Shown here in pieces: positions 22,340-34,587 of a DNA stretch of 64,000 nt (positions within the stretch are counted from its first letter, which is position 1; each line of letters opens with the position of its first letter). Origin of the DNA: Chthoniobacterales bacterium (lineage in GTDB: Bacteria > Verrucomicrobiota > Verrucomicrobiia > Chthoniobacterales > DASVRZ01); NCBI GenBank assembly GCA_038230215.1, contig JBBRNR010000009.1, positions 30,386 through 94,385 on the forward strand, given 5' to 3'. The notes under the pieces were generated by a model. It made no database searches and was not told where the DNA came from. It worked only from the letters and a program-made list of their open reading frames with translations. A program made the position numbers and the translations under genes.

Positions 22340-24499
22340 TTAAAGCAGACTCAACTGGCGCAGGGAGCGGCGCAGTTCGTTCATATCCACCGGCTTGACG
22401 AGATGCGCGACAAATCCCGCATTCTCCGAGCGCCGGATGTCTTCGTCCATGCCGTAGCCGGTAAGGGCGATGCCACGCAAGCCGTAAAGCGCGCGGAGTT
22501 CCTCCATCAACTCGATCCCGGTGCCATCTGGCAGGCCGAGATCGGAAATGACGGCATCAAAAGTGCCAGCAGCCGCCCCTGCACGAGCCTCGGCGAGCGT
22601 TCCGGCAGTCGTCACCTCGTGCCCCAGCCGCTTGAGCAACCGGGCAAGCACCACACGAGTCGCCTCGTGATCCTCCACCACGAGCAGACGCATGGTCGGG
22701 TCGTCCACCAGAGATGCCGTCTTTGCGACGTTTTTTTCTGATAAGGGTGAGGGTGGAATGGCGGCTCCAGGGAGTTGCACTATGAAGGTGGAGCCTAGCC
22801 CGTGTCCGGGACTTTCCACGGAAATGGTGCCGCCGTGCAGATCGACGATGGCACGGGCGATGGCCAGCCCGAGGCCAAGGCCGCCGAAACGATGGTCGTG
22901 CCCGAGCATTTGCTCAAAGGGCTCGAAAATGCGTTCCATCTCGGGTGAGTCGAGTCCGATTCCATTGTCCGCGACCTCAATGCAAAGCAGGTCGCCTTTT
23001 TTCGGATCGAGGCTGGGGACGTTCCGGGAAACAATGCTGATGCGACCCCCGCGAGGAGTGAATTTCACGGCGTTACGCAGCAAATTCCAGAGGACCTGCT
23101 GGAGGCGGGTGGAATCGCCCTGAAGATGATTGCTGATGGCCGAGAGTCTCAGATCGATCTCGATTTGTTTCTCCCTCGCCTCATCGCGCACGATCTCTAC
23201 GACCAGGCCGATAAGGGAATGCAGGTCGCAGGAGGCGGAGTGCAAGGTCAGTTTTCCCCGGGTGATCCGGGTGAGATCGAGTAGATCGTCGATCAACCGC
23301 GCTTCCAAGGCGACGTTGCGGGCGATCATGGCGAAGGAATCGCGGACCGTCTCCGAGAGCGTCTCATCTTCGCTCATCGCCACGGCTGTCATCAGCACGG
23401 GATTGAGCGGTGTGCGCAACTCGTGGGAGAGTGCCGCGAGGAAATTATCCTTGGCCTGCGAGGCGATCTCGGCATTGGCCAGAGCCACGCGCAAAGCCTC
23501 CGCTCCCTCTTGAATCCGACGCTCAAATTCGGCGCGGTCGCTAATGTCGGTATTCGTCCCGAACCACTGAATGATGTCGCCGGCGGCATTGCGCTGTGGG
23601 ACGACACGGGTGAGAAAGGTGCGGAATCGGCCATCCGCCCCACGCAAGGGAAACTCCATCTCGAAGTTCACCCCCAACTGGATGGCTGCCTGCCATTTCT
23701 GCATCACCTCCGGGAGAATCTCGGGATCGTGCACGCTCTGCCAGCCCCAGCCCGCCATCTGCTCGGGAGTGGTGCCGGTGTATTCATACCAGCGGCGATT
23801 ATACCAATGAATGAAACCGTCGGCATGAGCGGCCCAGGCGAGATGGGCAATGGAGTCGCCCAAAGCGCGGAAACGCGACTCGGATTCACGCAAGTCCTCC
23901 TCCGCCCGTTTGCGCAGGACCCATTGCGAGAGACTGTCGGCGATAAGCCCCAATTCGTGCATAACCGCCTCGGAAAGGGCGTTCTGGGAAAAAATCGCCA
24001 TGACACCGAGCACGCGGCCCTCCAGCAGGAGCGGATAACCGGCAAAGGCCTCCATGCCCTCGCGGTCTGCCCATTCAGGGTCACTGATATTGGGATCGTG
24101 CCGGACATCGTTCGTCAGGAGCGGCTCGCGGTTCTGAGCAATACGGCCGATCTTATATTCACCCATTTTTACACGGCCGTGAGGACCGTCCAGGTGAGTG
24201 TAGAGCCCGGCACTTGCTTGTAACTCGAGTGTGTTTTCAGCCTCATTCAGTGTCCAGACCCGGGCCAATGCCGCCTGCAGATGCTTCACTAATGCTTCGC
24301 TGCACGCCTGCAACACCTCGCGCAAAGTGGCCTTGCTCACCAGAGCCGCACCAATATCTGCTCGCAAAGTTGTCAGGCGCATCTGTCCCCGCAACGTCCT
24401 CAAAACCTCCGCATCCCGGGTTTCCTCCCCCGGCACTGGCGAATCTGAAAGACCGGGAAGCATGGAACCAAAGGGTAGGCGGTTTTCAGTGCTACGCAT
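22340..24499 (-). CDS. Hybrid sensor histidine kinase (GAF, PAS, HisKA, HATPase, REC)
   Basis: LSHELRTPL, NAVKFT, GGLGLGLAI and receiver SDLGLPD. Confidence 0.93.
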   Translation of the reverse strand: MRSTENRLPFGSMLPGLSDSPVPGEETRDAEVLRTLRGQMRLTTLRADIGAALVSKATLREVLQACSEALVKHLQAALARVWTLNEAENTLELQASAGLYTHLDGPHGRVKMGEYKIGRIAQNREPLLTNDVRHDPNISDPEWADREGMEAFAGYPLLLEGRVLGVMAIFSQNALSEAVMHELGLIADSLSQWVLRKRAEEDLRESESRFRALGDSIAHLAWAAHADGFIHWYNRRWYEYTGTTPEQMAGWGWQSVHDPEILPEVMQKWQAAIQLGVNFEMEFPLRGADGRFRTFLTRVVPQRNAAGDIIQWFGTNTDISDRAEFERRIQEGAEALRVALANAEIASQAKDNFLAALSHELRTPLNPVLMTAVAMSEDETLSETVRDSFAMIARNVALEARLIDDLLDLTRITRGKLTLHSASCDLHSLIGLVVEIVRDEAREKQIEIDLRLSAISNHLQGDSTRLQQVLWNLLRNAVKFTPRGGRISIVSRNVPSLDPKKGDLLCIEVADNGIGLDSPEMERIFEPFEQMLGHDHRFGGLGLGLAIARAIVDLHGGTISVESPGHGLGSTFIVQLPGAAIPPSPLSEKNVAKTASLVDDPTMRLLVVEDHEATRVVLARLLKRLGHEVTTAGTLAEARAGAAAGTFDAVISDLGLPDGTGIELMEELRALYGLRGIALTGYGMDEDIRRSENAGFVAHLVKPVDMNELRRSLRQLSLL

Positions 24500-24580
24500 C
24501 TACCTTTCTTCGTCAATATCCTTCTTTCTGCTCCCATTTATGTCGGAAAACGGGCGGGACGTGTATAAATTGCCCTGACC

Positions 24581-26617
24581 ATGGGAAACATTCGCCTCCT
24601 CCCCGAAGACGTTGCCAATCAAGTGGCGGCTGGCGAAGTCGTGGAGCGGCCCGCTTCCGTCATCAAGGAACTCGTCGAAAACAGCCTCGACGCCGGGGCG
24701 AAACGCATCGAAGTCCTCATTCGGCGCGGCGGCAACTCCCAGATCAAAGTCGTCGATGACGGCATCGGGATGGATCGCGACGACGCTCTTCTCTGTCTCG
24801 AACGCCATGCCACGAGTAAGATCCGACTCGGATCGGACCTCGCCGCCATCGCCACACTGGGGTTTCGCGGCGAGGCGCTCCCGAGCATCGCCAGCGTGTC
24901 GCGTTTTCGCCTCAGCACCCGTCCGCGCGACGCTGAGGAAGGCACAGAAATTCTCATTTCTGGAGGGAAAATCGAGGCCGTCCGTTCCAGTGGCGACGCT
25001 CCGGGGACTCAGATCGAAGTCCGCTCACTTTTTTATAATCTGCCCGCGCGTCGGAAGTTTCTCCGCACGGAAAATACCGAGGCCAGCCACATCGAGCACG
25101 CCCTGCACCTGCAAGCGATCGGGCATCCGGGTGTGGCATTCACTTATTTACGCGACGACCGGACGGTGTTCCAACTCCCCTCCTCCGCGACCCTCTCCGA
25201 ACGCCTGCGTGATCTCTATGGAAGTCCGTTCGTCGAGCAACTGGTCGAAATGCCGCCCATCGACGACGCCGGAATCCGCCCCGGAGAATCCGGGATTCGT
25301 ATTTGGGGCCTGATCGGGAAACCAGGAGTCTCGCGGTCGAATCGCAGCCAGCAGATCAGTTTCGTAAATGGACGCGCCGTGGAAAACCAGTCGATCAACC
25401 ACGGTCTGCGCGAGGGCTATCACACCGCCCTGATGCGCGGACAACACCCGATCACGTTCCTTTTTCTGGAACTGGACCCCGCGGCCGTCGATGTGAACGT
25501 CCACCCGGCGAAACGCGAAGTCCGTTTCCGCGATCCGGGCCTTATCCGCGAGAGTCTAGCCCGCGCCATTCGAACCACCCTCGACTCCACGCGCAGCGAT
25601 TGGGAAAAACAGCTGGGTGCTCCCCCGCCCGCCTTCCCCAGAGGGTCCAAAACTTCCATCGACACGGTCGGAGGCTTCTGGCGGGAGCCAAAAATAACCT
25701 CCGACGCGGTCGGCAGTGATTTGCGGGAGCCAAAAATAACCTCCGACGCGGTCGACAGTGATTTACGGGAGCCAAAAATAACCTCCGACGCGGTCGACAG
25801 TGATTTGCGGGAGCCAAAAATAACCTCCGACGCGGTCGACAGTGATTTGCGGGAGCCAAAAATAACCTCCGACACGGTCGACAGTGATTTACGGGAGCCA
25901 AAAATAACCTCCGACGCGGTCGGCGGGAGTTTTTTGTTCCCCGCCAGCAGCTCCGACGCGGTTGGGACGACTTTCCCCGTGCCCCCCGGAGCTGTCGATC
26001 ACGCCCCGGGAGGCTTTTCAGCGCCCCCGCCCTTCAAAATTCTCGGCGTCCTCGGTAAACTTTACATTCTCCTCGAATCCGCCGACGGCCTTGTACTCGT
26101 CGATCAGCACGCCGCCCACGAACGCATCCTCTTTGAGCAACTCCAGCGCAGCATGGAAACTCGCGGAGTCGCCTCCCAACGTCTCCTGCTTCCCCTCACT
26201 CTCGCCGTCGCGCCGCGCGATCACGCCTGGCTTTCGCAAAATCTGCCCACACTGCATCGCATGGGCATCGGCATCGAACCTTTTGGCGAAAGCCTCGGCG
26301 ACACCACCTACAAAATCGATGCCCTGCCCAGCTTCATCAAAACCAGCGACCCGCTCACACTCATCCGCCGCCTCATCGATGATCTCCGCTCCGTCACCAC
26401 GCAAACGAGCAGTCTGCGCCTGGGTGAGGACGTGATCGCGAAGACCGTGTGTCGTCACGCTGTGAAAGCGAACGACGTGCTGCATCGCGAAGAACAGGCG
26501 CATCTGATCCAGGATTTGCTGGCGTGCGACCTCCCCTATTGCTGTCCTCACGGCAGGCCGACTTTGATCCAATTCAGCTACGGGGACCTGGAGAAAAAAT
26601 TCGGGCGCAAGGCGTAG
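24581..26617 (+). CDS. mutL: DNA mismatch repair endonuclease MutL with repeat-expanded linker
   Basis: AAGEVVERPASVIKELVENSLDAGA, GFRGEAL, DQHAAHERI and CPHGRP. Confidence 0.97.
   Translation: MGNIRLLPEDVANQVAAGEVVERPASVIKELVENSLDAGAKRIEVLIRRGGNSQIKVVDDGIGMDRDDALLCLERHATSKIRLGSDLAAIATLGFRGEALPSIASVSRFRLSTRPRDAEEGTEILISGGKIEAVRSSGDAPGTQIEVRSLFYNLPARRKFLRTENTEASHIEHALHLQAIGHPGVAFTYLRDDRTVFQLPSSATLSERLRDLYGSPFVEQLVEMPPIDDAGIRPGESGIRIWGLIGKPGVSRSNRSQQISFVNGRAVENQSINHGLREGYHTALMRGQHPITFLFLELDPAAVDVNVHPAKREVRFRDPGLIRESLARAIRTTLDSTRSDWEKQLGAPPPAFPRGSKTSIDTVGGFWREPKITSDAVGSDLREPKITSDAVDSDLREPKITSDAVDSDLREPKITSDAVDSDLREPKITSDTVDSDLREPKITSDAVGGSFLFPASSSDAVGTTFPVPPGAVDHAPGGFSAPPPFKILGVLGKLYILLESADGLVLVDQHAAHERILFEQLQRSMETRGVASQRLLLPLTLAVAPRDHAWLSQNLPTLHRMGIGIEPFGESLGDTTYKIDALPSFIKTSDPLTLIRRLIDDLRSVTTQTSSLRLGEDVIAKTVCRHAVKANDVLHREEQAHLIQDLLACDLPYCCPHGRPTLIQFSYGDLEKKFGRKA
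25640..26017 (+). repeat. In-frame 42-bp tandem repeat (REPKITSDAVDSDL) in the mutL linker: six near-identical copies plus degenerate flanking units
   Basis: CGAC(G/A)CGGT(C/T)G cores at 25660, 25702, 25744, 25786, 25828, 25870, 25912 and 25954. Confidence 0.95.
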
Positions 26618-26712
26618 CGGTCGTCTTCGGGAGCGCACGCGTCTCGCGTGTTCTTTACGCCCGCCTAAAAGAATAGGGCATGACGACCCATTATGGCGGC
26701 GAACCTTCTCCT

Positions 26713-26902
26713 CCGGGGAGCGCGGGCCGCTGGCCTGCCGTTTTGGGCGGCTCGCCTAAAACAAGCACGTCTTGGGGCGGGACTATAGATAGAGAGTGTG
26801 CGCGGTCTCGCGTCGTTCGTTTCTAGAATGGCTGTTGCGCAGATGGGGACGTGTCTTCGGCGAGCCGCCAAAGACTGCAGGCCAGCGGCCCGCGCTCCCC
26901 GG
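26713..26902. repeat. REPIN-like palindromic element (GGGAGCGCGGG family) between convergent genes
   Basis: ccggggagcgcgggccgctggcctgc...ggcggctcgcc is inverted to ggcgagccgcc...gcaggccagcggcccgcgctccccgg; same family at 46051-46180. Confidence 0.8.
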
Positions 26903-26937
26903 CAGTGGACGCTCCGAGCTGGGCTTGGGGCACCGCT

Positions 26938-28446
26938 TTACGGCTCGGCGACGACCCGATACAAGCGGAAGAACTGCGTTTCCTTTTCCAGTCGGAGAAA
27001 AGCCGGGGCTTTGCGCGGGCTATTATAGATGGTGACGCCAAGGGCATCGTTCGCCGCCGGGATATCCACCAAGCCCGACGCGGTGGAAAGAACGCGACTC
27101 GGCTCATACGCGACGACCCAGCGAACTTGCCTCCGCAGAGCGATCTCCCGGGCTTTTTCTGGAAAACGACTCAGGTAGAAATTGGCGACGTCCTCATTCC
27201 CAGGCAGGCTCTGGTGCGAGCTTCCGGCAACGCATTTCGCCCCGCTCCAATACGCGATCTCCGGCGACAGCCACCACGGTGCGATCACACCGCCGCCGTC
27301 GTCGATGAAGCGGCAGATCTGGCGGAGTTCGCGAGTGTCCTCGGCCTGTTCGGCGAGCCGTTCCTGCTCCGACTGCAGAGGCCAGAGACGCGAGTCCCAT
27401 TCGGATGCAACTGGCCAGAAACCAAGGAAAAACAGGACCGCCACCCAGCTCGCCCGCCATTTTTCCAAGAGAAACGGCAGCGCGAAGATCACCGCAATGC
27501 CCATGAAATATCCCCAGCGCGCGGCTGTGGTGCAGAGGAGAAAGGTGAGCAGGAGCAACCCTCCCCATTGGAATGCAACTCGACTCCGGGCACGGATGAA
27601 CGCGAACGGCAGAGCCAGCAAGGCGAGGCCAAACCAGCTCAAGTAGGTTTTGGAAAACCAGCCCATCGGAGCGAGTTCGCCGATGGATCGGGACCAACGC
27701 TCGAAAAGCGGCCCCGTCGGCAGCGGTCCGACATGCCAGTGTTCGATGAAGAGGGCGAGGAGCAGGACGAGTCCCATGGTGATGGCGGCGATGGCGCGCG
27801 GTCGGTTGAACCACGACCGCCGATGCGCAGCAATGCCGAGGAGGACGGTGGCGGCGAGCAGGATCGCGGGCTCGAAAAGCGAGGTCCAGAGGGCGAGACC
27901 CCACGCGAGGCCGTTCCAGATCGGAATGGAACTCGACTCAGTCGGGGGCTTGGGGTTCATTTCCCATTCCGTGGCAAAGGCGGCGGTGAGGAGCAGAATG
28001 AGCAATGCCTGGTGGTCGGGCCTTCCGAGCACGGTGCCGTGGACGAGGATCGGACTGACGGCAAAGGTGAGAAGCACGGCGATTTGCGTAACGAAGCGAA
28101 AGCGGCGAACCCATTTCCAAAGAATGAGGCCAGAGGCGAGTGCGAGCAGGATGGGCGTGATCGCGCCCGCGAAATCGATGTTTCCAGTGATCCCTGCGAC
28201 GCTGGCGATGAGGTAATCCAGCGGCGCAGTGGTGTGCGGAGTGGTGCCAATGGGCCAGTTTTCAAAGTCGTGATGCCGCAAAATCGTCCCGGGATGGGCG
28301 ACGACGGCAGCGACGCGGGTCATGCGCGAGTAGCAGTCGGCGTCCACGAAATAGGTTTCCTGGCCGACGGAAATCTGGTCGTGGTTCCAGAGCCGTGCGA
28401 GGACGATCAACGCCAGACTGATGAGGAGAAGAAGCCCGCGTTTCAA
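26938..28446 (-). CDS. Polytopic membrane GT-C glycosyltransferase, STT3/AglB-like
   Basis: DADCYSRM after TM1, RPDHQAL, SIGE (TIXE-like) and PWWLSP at the position expected for WWDxG; many TM helices. Confidence 0.6.
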   Translation of the reverse strand: MKRGLLLLISLALIVLARLWNHDQISVGQETYFVDADCYSRMTRVAAVVAHPGTILRHHDFENWPIGTTPHTTAPLDYLIASVAGITGNIDFAGAITPILLALASGLILWKWVRRFRFVTQIAVLLTFAVSPILVHGTVLGRPDHQALLILLLTAAFATEWEMNPKPPTESSSIPIWNGLAWGLALWTSLFEPAILLAATVLLGIAAHRRSWFNRPRAIAAITMGLVLLLALFIEHWHVGPLPTGPLFERWSRSIGELAPMGWFSKTYLSWFGLALLALPFAFIRARSRVAFQWGGLLLLTFLLCTTAARWGYFMGIAVIFALPFLLEKWRASWVAVLFFLGFWPVASEWDSRLWPLQSEQERLAEQAEDTRELRQICRFIDDGGGVIAPWWLSPEIAYWSGAKCVAGSSHQSLPGNEDVANFYLSRFPEKAREIALRRQVRWVVAYEPSRVLSTASGLVDIPAANDALGVTIYNSPRKAPAFLRLEKETQFFRLYRVVAEP

Positions 28447-28624
28447 GGCGACAAAAATCCTCTGGCGCGAGGAAGTTGTCGATCATGGAGTTTTTCGGAG
28501 TGGAAAAGCACCAATTGTGGTGTTGCCGCCGTGCGACCACACTATCTCGTGGTGTCGGGTGGGTTTGGCTGGAAGAAAAGCATTGTTATTTAAGTGGAAA
28601 CCCGCTAACTTTCCCGCTCAGTAA

Positions 28625-31201
<2,577 letters not shown>

Positions 31202-31243
31202 ATAAAACTTGTGAGCGTGACTACTTGTGACTACAGTGCTGAA

Positions 31244-31564
31244 ATGAAACCTATTTTGCAGAGCAGATTGACCGATGGTGAGCCGTTTGGATCGACTGTC
31301 GTCAACGACATCAGTCTTCTTGGCAGCGAGCAGAAAGTCTCTGTTCGCACCGCGAAGGCGCAGCTTTCCAGTCTGCTTGATCTGGTGGAACAAGGGCGCG
31401 AAGTGGTGATTACCAGCAATGGCAAGCCGAAGGCTCGTCTTGTTTCTGCTGAGGTGGCGCGTAAGTCATTTGCCTTCTCCGTCGGTTTCCACCCCGCCCC
31501 ATGGCGCGGCGGGCCGACAGCAGATGAGCTTGTGCGGGAAGATCGCGACAGCCGAGGCTGGTAA
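31244..31564 (+). CDS. Phd/YefM family antitoxin
   Basis: VSVRTAKAQLSSLLDLVEQGREVVITSNGKPKARLV; start uncertain. Confidence 0.85.
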   Translation: MKPILQSRLTDGEPFGSTVVNDISLLGSEQKVSVRTAKAQLSSLLDLVEQGREVVITSNGKPKARLVSAEVARKSFAFSVGFHPAPWRGGPTADELVREDRDSRGW

Positions 31565-31567
31565 AAC

Positions 31568-31990
31568 GTGTATTTGGATTCGGCTATTATCATTAAGCTG
31601 CTTGTGGATGAGCCGGATAGTCATGTCTTCAAAGAGGCGATCCCTGGTCGTTCCATCTCAACGAGCGAACTGGCTGTAACGGAAGTTCGCGCCGCTCTTT
31701 TAGCCAAAGAGAGGGCGAACGCCATCAGTGAAGAGGAACGTCGGCAAGCCTGGGAGGAATTTTCCTCCTGGATCGATGATGAGCGACTCCAAATTCATCC
31801 TCTGGACAGTCTGACTTTGAAAAAATCCCGTCACACCCTGGATCAATGTCATCCCTCGGTGCCTCTGCGCACACTGGATTCCATTCATGTGGCGGCATGC
31901 GATTCGAGTCAGGATTTCCCACTTTGCGCCACTGATAAACGCATGAGGGACGCTGCCAAACTGCTGCACATCCCGGTTTTCCCCGAATAA
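31568..31990 (+). CDS. VapC / PIN-domain toxin
   Basis: YLDSA.IIKL, E, LRTLDSIHVA and TDKRM PIN residues. Confidence 0.9.
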   Translation: MYLDSAIIIKLLVDEPDSHVFKEAIPGRSISTSELAVTEVRAALLAKERANAISEEERRQAWEEFSSWIDDERLQIHPLDSLTLKKSRHTLDQCHPSVPLRTLDSIHVAACDSSQDFPLCATDKRMRDAAKLLHIPVFPE

Positions 31991-31999
31991 TTTACATAC

Positions 32000-34585
32000 A
32001 TGTATAACTCCAACGAAAAAGTCGAAAAGGTCAACGTCGCCGAGGAAATGTCAAAATCATTTCTCGATTACTCGATGTCGGTCATTATTTCCCGTGCGCT
32101 ACCCGATGCGCGAGACGGATTGAAACCTTCCCAGCGCCGTATTCTTTACGCCATGAACGACCTCGGCGTGCAGCCAAATCGGAAGCACCTGAAGTGCGCG
32201 AAAATCGTCGGCGAAACGATGGGCAATTATCACCCGCACGGTGACCAGGCGATCTATCCGACGCTCGTCCACATGGCACAGCCTTGGGCAATGCGCGAGA
32301 TGCTGATCGACGGCCAGGGTAACTTTGGCTCCGTCGAAGGCGATCCACCCGCGTCGATGCGTTACACCGAGGCTAGACTGCAGCATTTGGGCGCGGCCCT
32401 GATGCAGGACATGGACAAGGACACGGTGGATTTCGTTCCCAATTACGATGAAACTCGCACGGAGCCGACCGTGTTCCCGGCGGCGTTTCCGAACTTGCTG
32501 GTCAATGGAGGCACCGGCATCGCCGTTGGCATGGCGACCAACATGCCTCCGCATAATTTGAGCGAAGTCATCAACGGCATTTGCGCTCAGATCGACGACC
32601 CGGACATTACGATCGAGGGGCTCATGGTTCATGTGAAAGGCCCGGATTTTCCGACCGGTTGCATCATCCAAGGTTACGCCGGACTGAAGCAATATTTCGA
32701 GACCGGACGTGGTTCCGTTCGGGTGCGCGGCCGCATCGGCACCACCGAAATCAAGGGCGGTCGCGAGCAAATCATCATCTCTGAAATTCCCTTCAACGTG
32801 AATCGCGCGGAACTCGTGAAGAAGATCGCCGACCTCGTGAACGAGAAAGTCCTTACCGGCATCAGTGATGTGAGAGATGAGAGTTCGGAAGACACGCGGG
32901 TCGTGATCGATTTGAAGCGTGATGGGAATCCTAAGGTGATCGTTAATAATCTCTACAAGCACACGCCGCTGGAGTCCTCCTTCAGTGTGAACATGCTCGC
33001 GATCGACCGTGGCAAACCGCGTTTGCTGTCGCTGAAAGACGCGATCACCTGCTACATCGAGCACCGGCGCGAGGTGATTATTCGTCGGACAAAATATTTG
33101 CTCGGCCAAGCCGAGGCGGATGCCGAGAAGCTCGAAGGCCTCCTCATTGCCCTCGATAATCTTGACGATTTCATCCGCATCATCCGTGATTCCAATGACC
33201 GCGACGACGCAAAAAACCGCCTCGCCGCGCTCTCGTGGAGTCGCGCCGTGGTGGAAGGATTGGGTGTTCTCATCCGCGACGAGCAACGCGTCGCCGATGG
33301 TTTCTATCGCCTGAGCGACAAACAAGTCGGGCACATTCTCGATCTGCGACTTTATCAACTCACCGGTCTCGAACGCGACGCGATCAAACAGGAATATGAC
33401 GACCTCGTGGCCGTTATTAAAAACCTCCTCGACATCCTCGCGAACGAGATGCGCGTCCTCACCATGATCAAGGAGGAAGTCCGTGAGATTCAGCGCAAAT
33501 ATGGCAACGAACGCCGCACGCAAATCGTCGCTGCGGAAGGCGAAATCAGCATCGAAGATCTCATCGCCGACGAAGGCTGCATCATCACGATCACCCACAA
33601 CGGGTTTATTAAACGAACCGCCGTCAGTGCGTATCGCTCGCAACGTCGCGGCGGCAAAGGCGTCATAGGTATGGTCGCGCGCGAAGCGCAAAACGAAGAT
33701 GAGGACAGCGACTTTGTGGAAAGCCTCTTCACAGCCACGACTCACGACTATCTACTTTTTGTCACCCAGGATGGACGCTGCTATGTCGAGCGCGTTTTCG
33801 AGATTCCCGAGATGAGCCGCGCCAGCCGCGGACGCAGCATCGCTAATTTTCTGGAGTTGCGGCCCAATGAAAAAATCGCGACTACCATTCGCATCCAGGG
33901 TCAGAAAACCGACGAGGAAACCTGGACCGACAAGCTGCATATCGTTTTCGCCACCCGGAGCGGCATCGTCAAAAAATCCAATCTCTCTGACTTCAAAAAC
34001 ATTCGCAAAGGAGGGATCATCGCGATCCAAATTGAAGAAGGCGACCAGCTCATCGAGTGCAAATTGACGGATGGCTTTAAGGAAATCGTCCTCATTACTC
34101 ACCAGGGAATGAGCATCCGTTTCAGCGAGGAAGAAATGCGAGATCAAGGCCGCAACACCGTCGGCGTCTGGGGCATTCGTCCAGATAAAAAAGATTACAT
34201 TGTGGGAGTGGCGCTCGTAGATCCCAACTCCACCCTGCTCGTCGCTGGCGAAAACGGCCTCGGCAAACGCACTCCCTTCGACGATGAAAATGGCCCGGTT
34301 TACCGGCTCCAGTCGCGTGGTGGAAAAGGCGTCATCACGATGAAGACCAATACGAAAACCGGTGGCGTTGTCGGCGCGCTCACAGTTCGCGAAAATGATG
34401 AGATCATGCTCATCACCAACAAGGGCAAAATGGTTCGCACCAAAGTCGCCGGCATCCGCACCACAGGACGCAACGCTCAGGGAGTGATCCTCATCGACAT
34501 GCGGGAAGGCGAGCACCTCCAAGCCATCGCCCCGGTCGTCGCTACAGAAGAAGATGAGGCCGCTGAAGATGGCGCGGCTGAGTAG
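32000..34585 (+). CDS. gyrA: DNA gyrase subunit A
   Basis: [17 protein letters not shown], catalytic MRYTE and GyrA-box QRRGGKG. Confidence 0.97.
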   Translation: MYNSNEKVEKVNVAEEMSKSFLDYSMSVIISRALPDARDGLKPSQRRILYAMNDLGVQPNRKHLKCAKIVGETMGNYHPHGDQAIYPTLVHMAQPWAMREMLIDGQGNFGSVEGDPPASMRYTEARLQHLGAALMQDMDKDTVDFVPNYDETRTEPTVFPAAFPNLLVNGGTGIAVGMATNMPPHNLSEVINGICAQIDDPDITIEGLMVHVKGPDFPTGCIIQGYAGLKQYFETGRGSVRVRGRIGTTEIKGGREQIIISEIPFNVNRAELVKKIADLVNEKVLTGISDVRDESSEDTRVVIDLKRDGNPKVIVNNLYKHTPLESSFSVNMLAIDRGKPRLLSLKDAITCYIEHRREVIIRRTKYLLGQAEADAEKLEGLLIALDNLDDFIRIIRDSNDRDDAKNRLAALSWSRAVVEGLGVLIRDEQRVADGFYRLSDKQVGHILDLRLYQLTGLERDAIKQEYDDLVAVIKNLLDILANEMRVLTMIKEEVREIQRKYGNERRTQIVAAEGEISIEDLIADEGCIITITHNGFIKRTAVSAYRSQRRGGKGVIGMVAREAQNEDEDSDFVESLFTATTHDYLLFVTQDGRCYVERVFEIPEMSRASRGRSIANFLELRPNEKIATTIRIQGQKTDEETWTDKLHIVFATRSGIVKKSNLSDFKNIRKGGIIAIQIEEGDQLIECKLTDGFKEIVLITHQGMSIRFSEEEMRDQGRNTVGVWGIRPDKKDYIVGVALVDPNSTLLVAGENGLGKRTPFDDENGPVYRLQSRGGKGVITMKTNTKTGGVVGALTVRENDEIMLITNKGKMVRTKVAGIRTTGRNAQGVILIDMREGEHLQAIAPVVATEEDEAAEDGAAE

Positions 34586-34587
34586 GT

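Noticed and set aside
25682-25933. CRISPR array
   Set aside because: The units are contiguous near-identical 42-mers with no unique spacers, lie in frame inside mutL, and no cas genes are present.
26851-28593. 580-aa plus-strand ORF
   Set aside because: It is the antisense shadow of the membrane glycosyltransferase, with low-complexity R/G/E composition.
32099-33745. 548-aa minus-strand ORF, and similar shadows at 3347-4612, 28586-29557 and 42089-42760
   Set aside because: These are antisense to well-supported genes, as expected from GC-rich codon bias.
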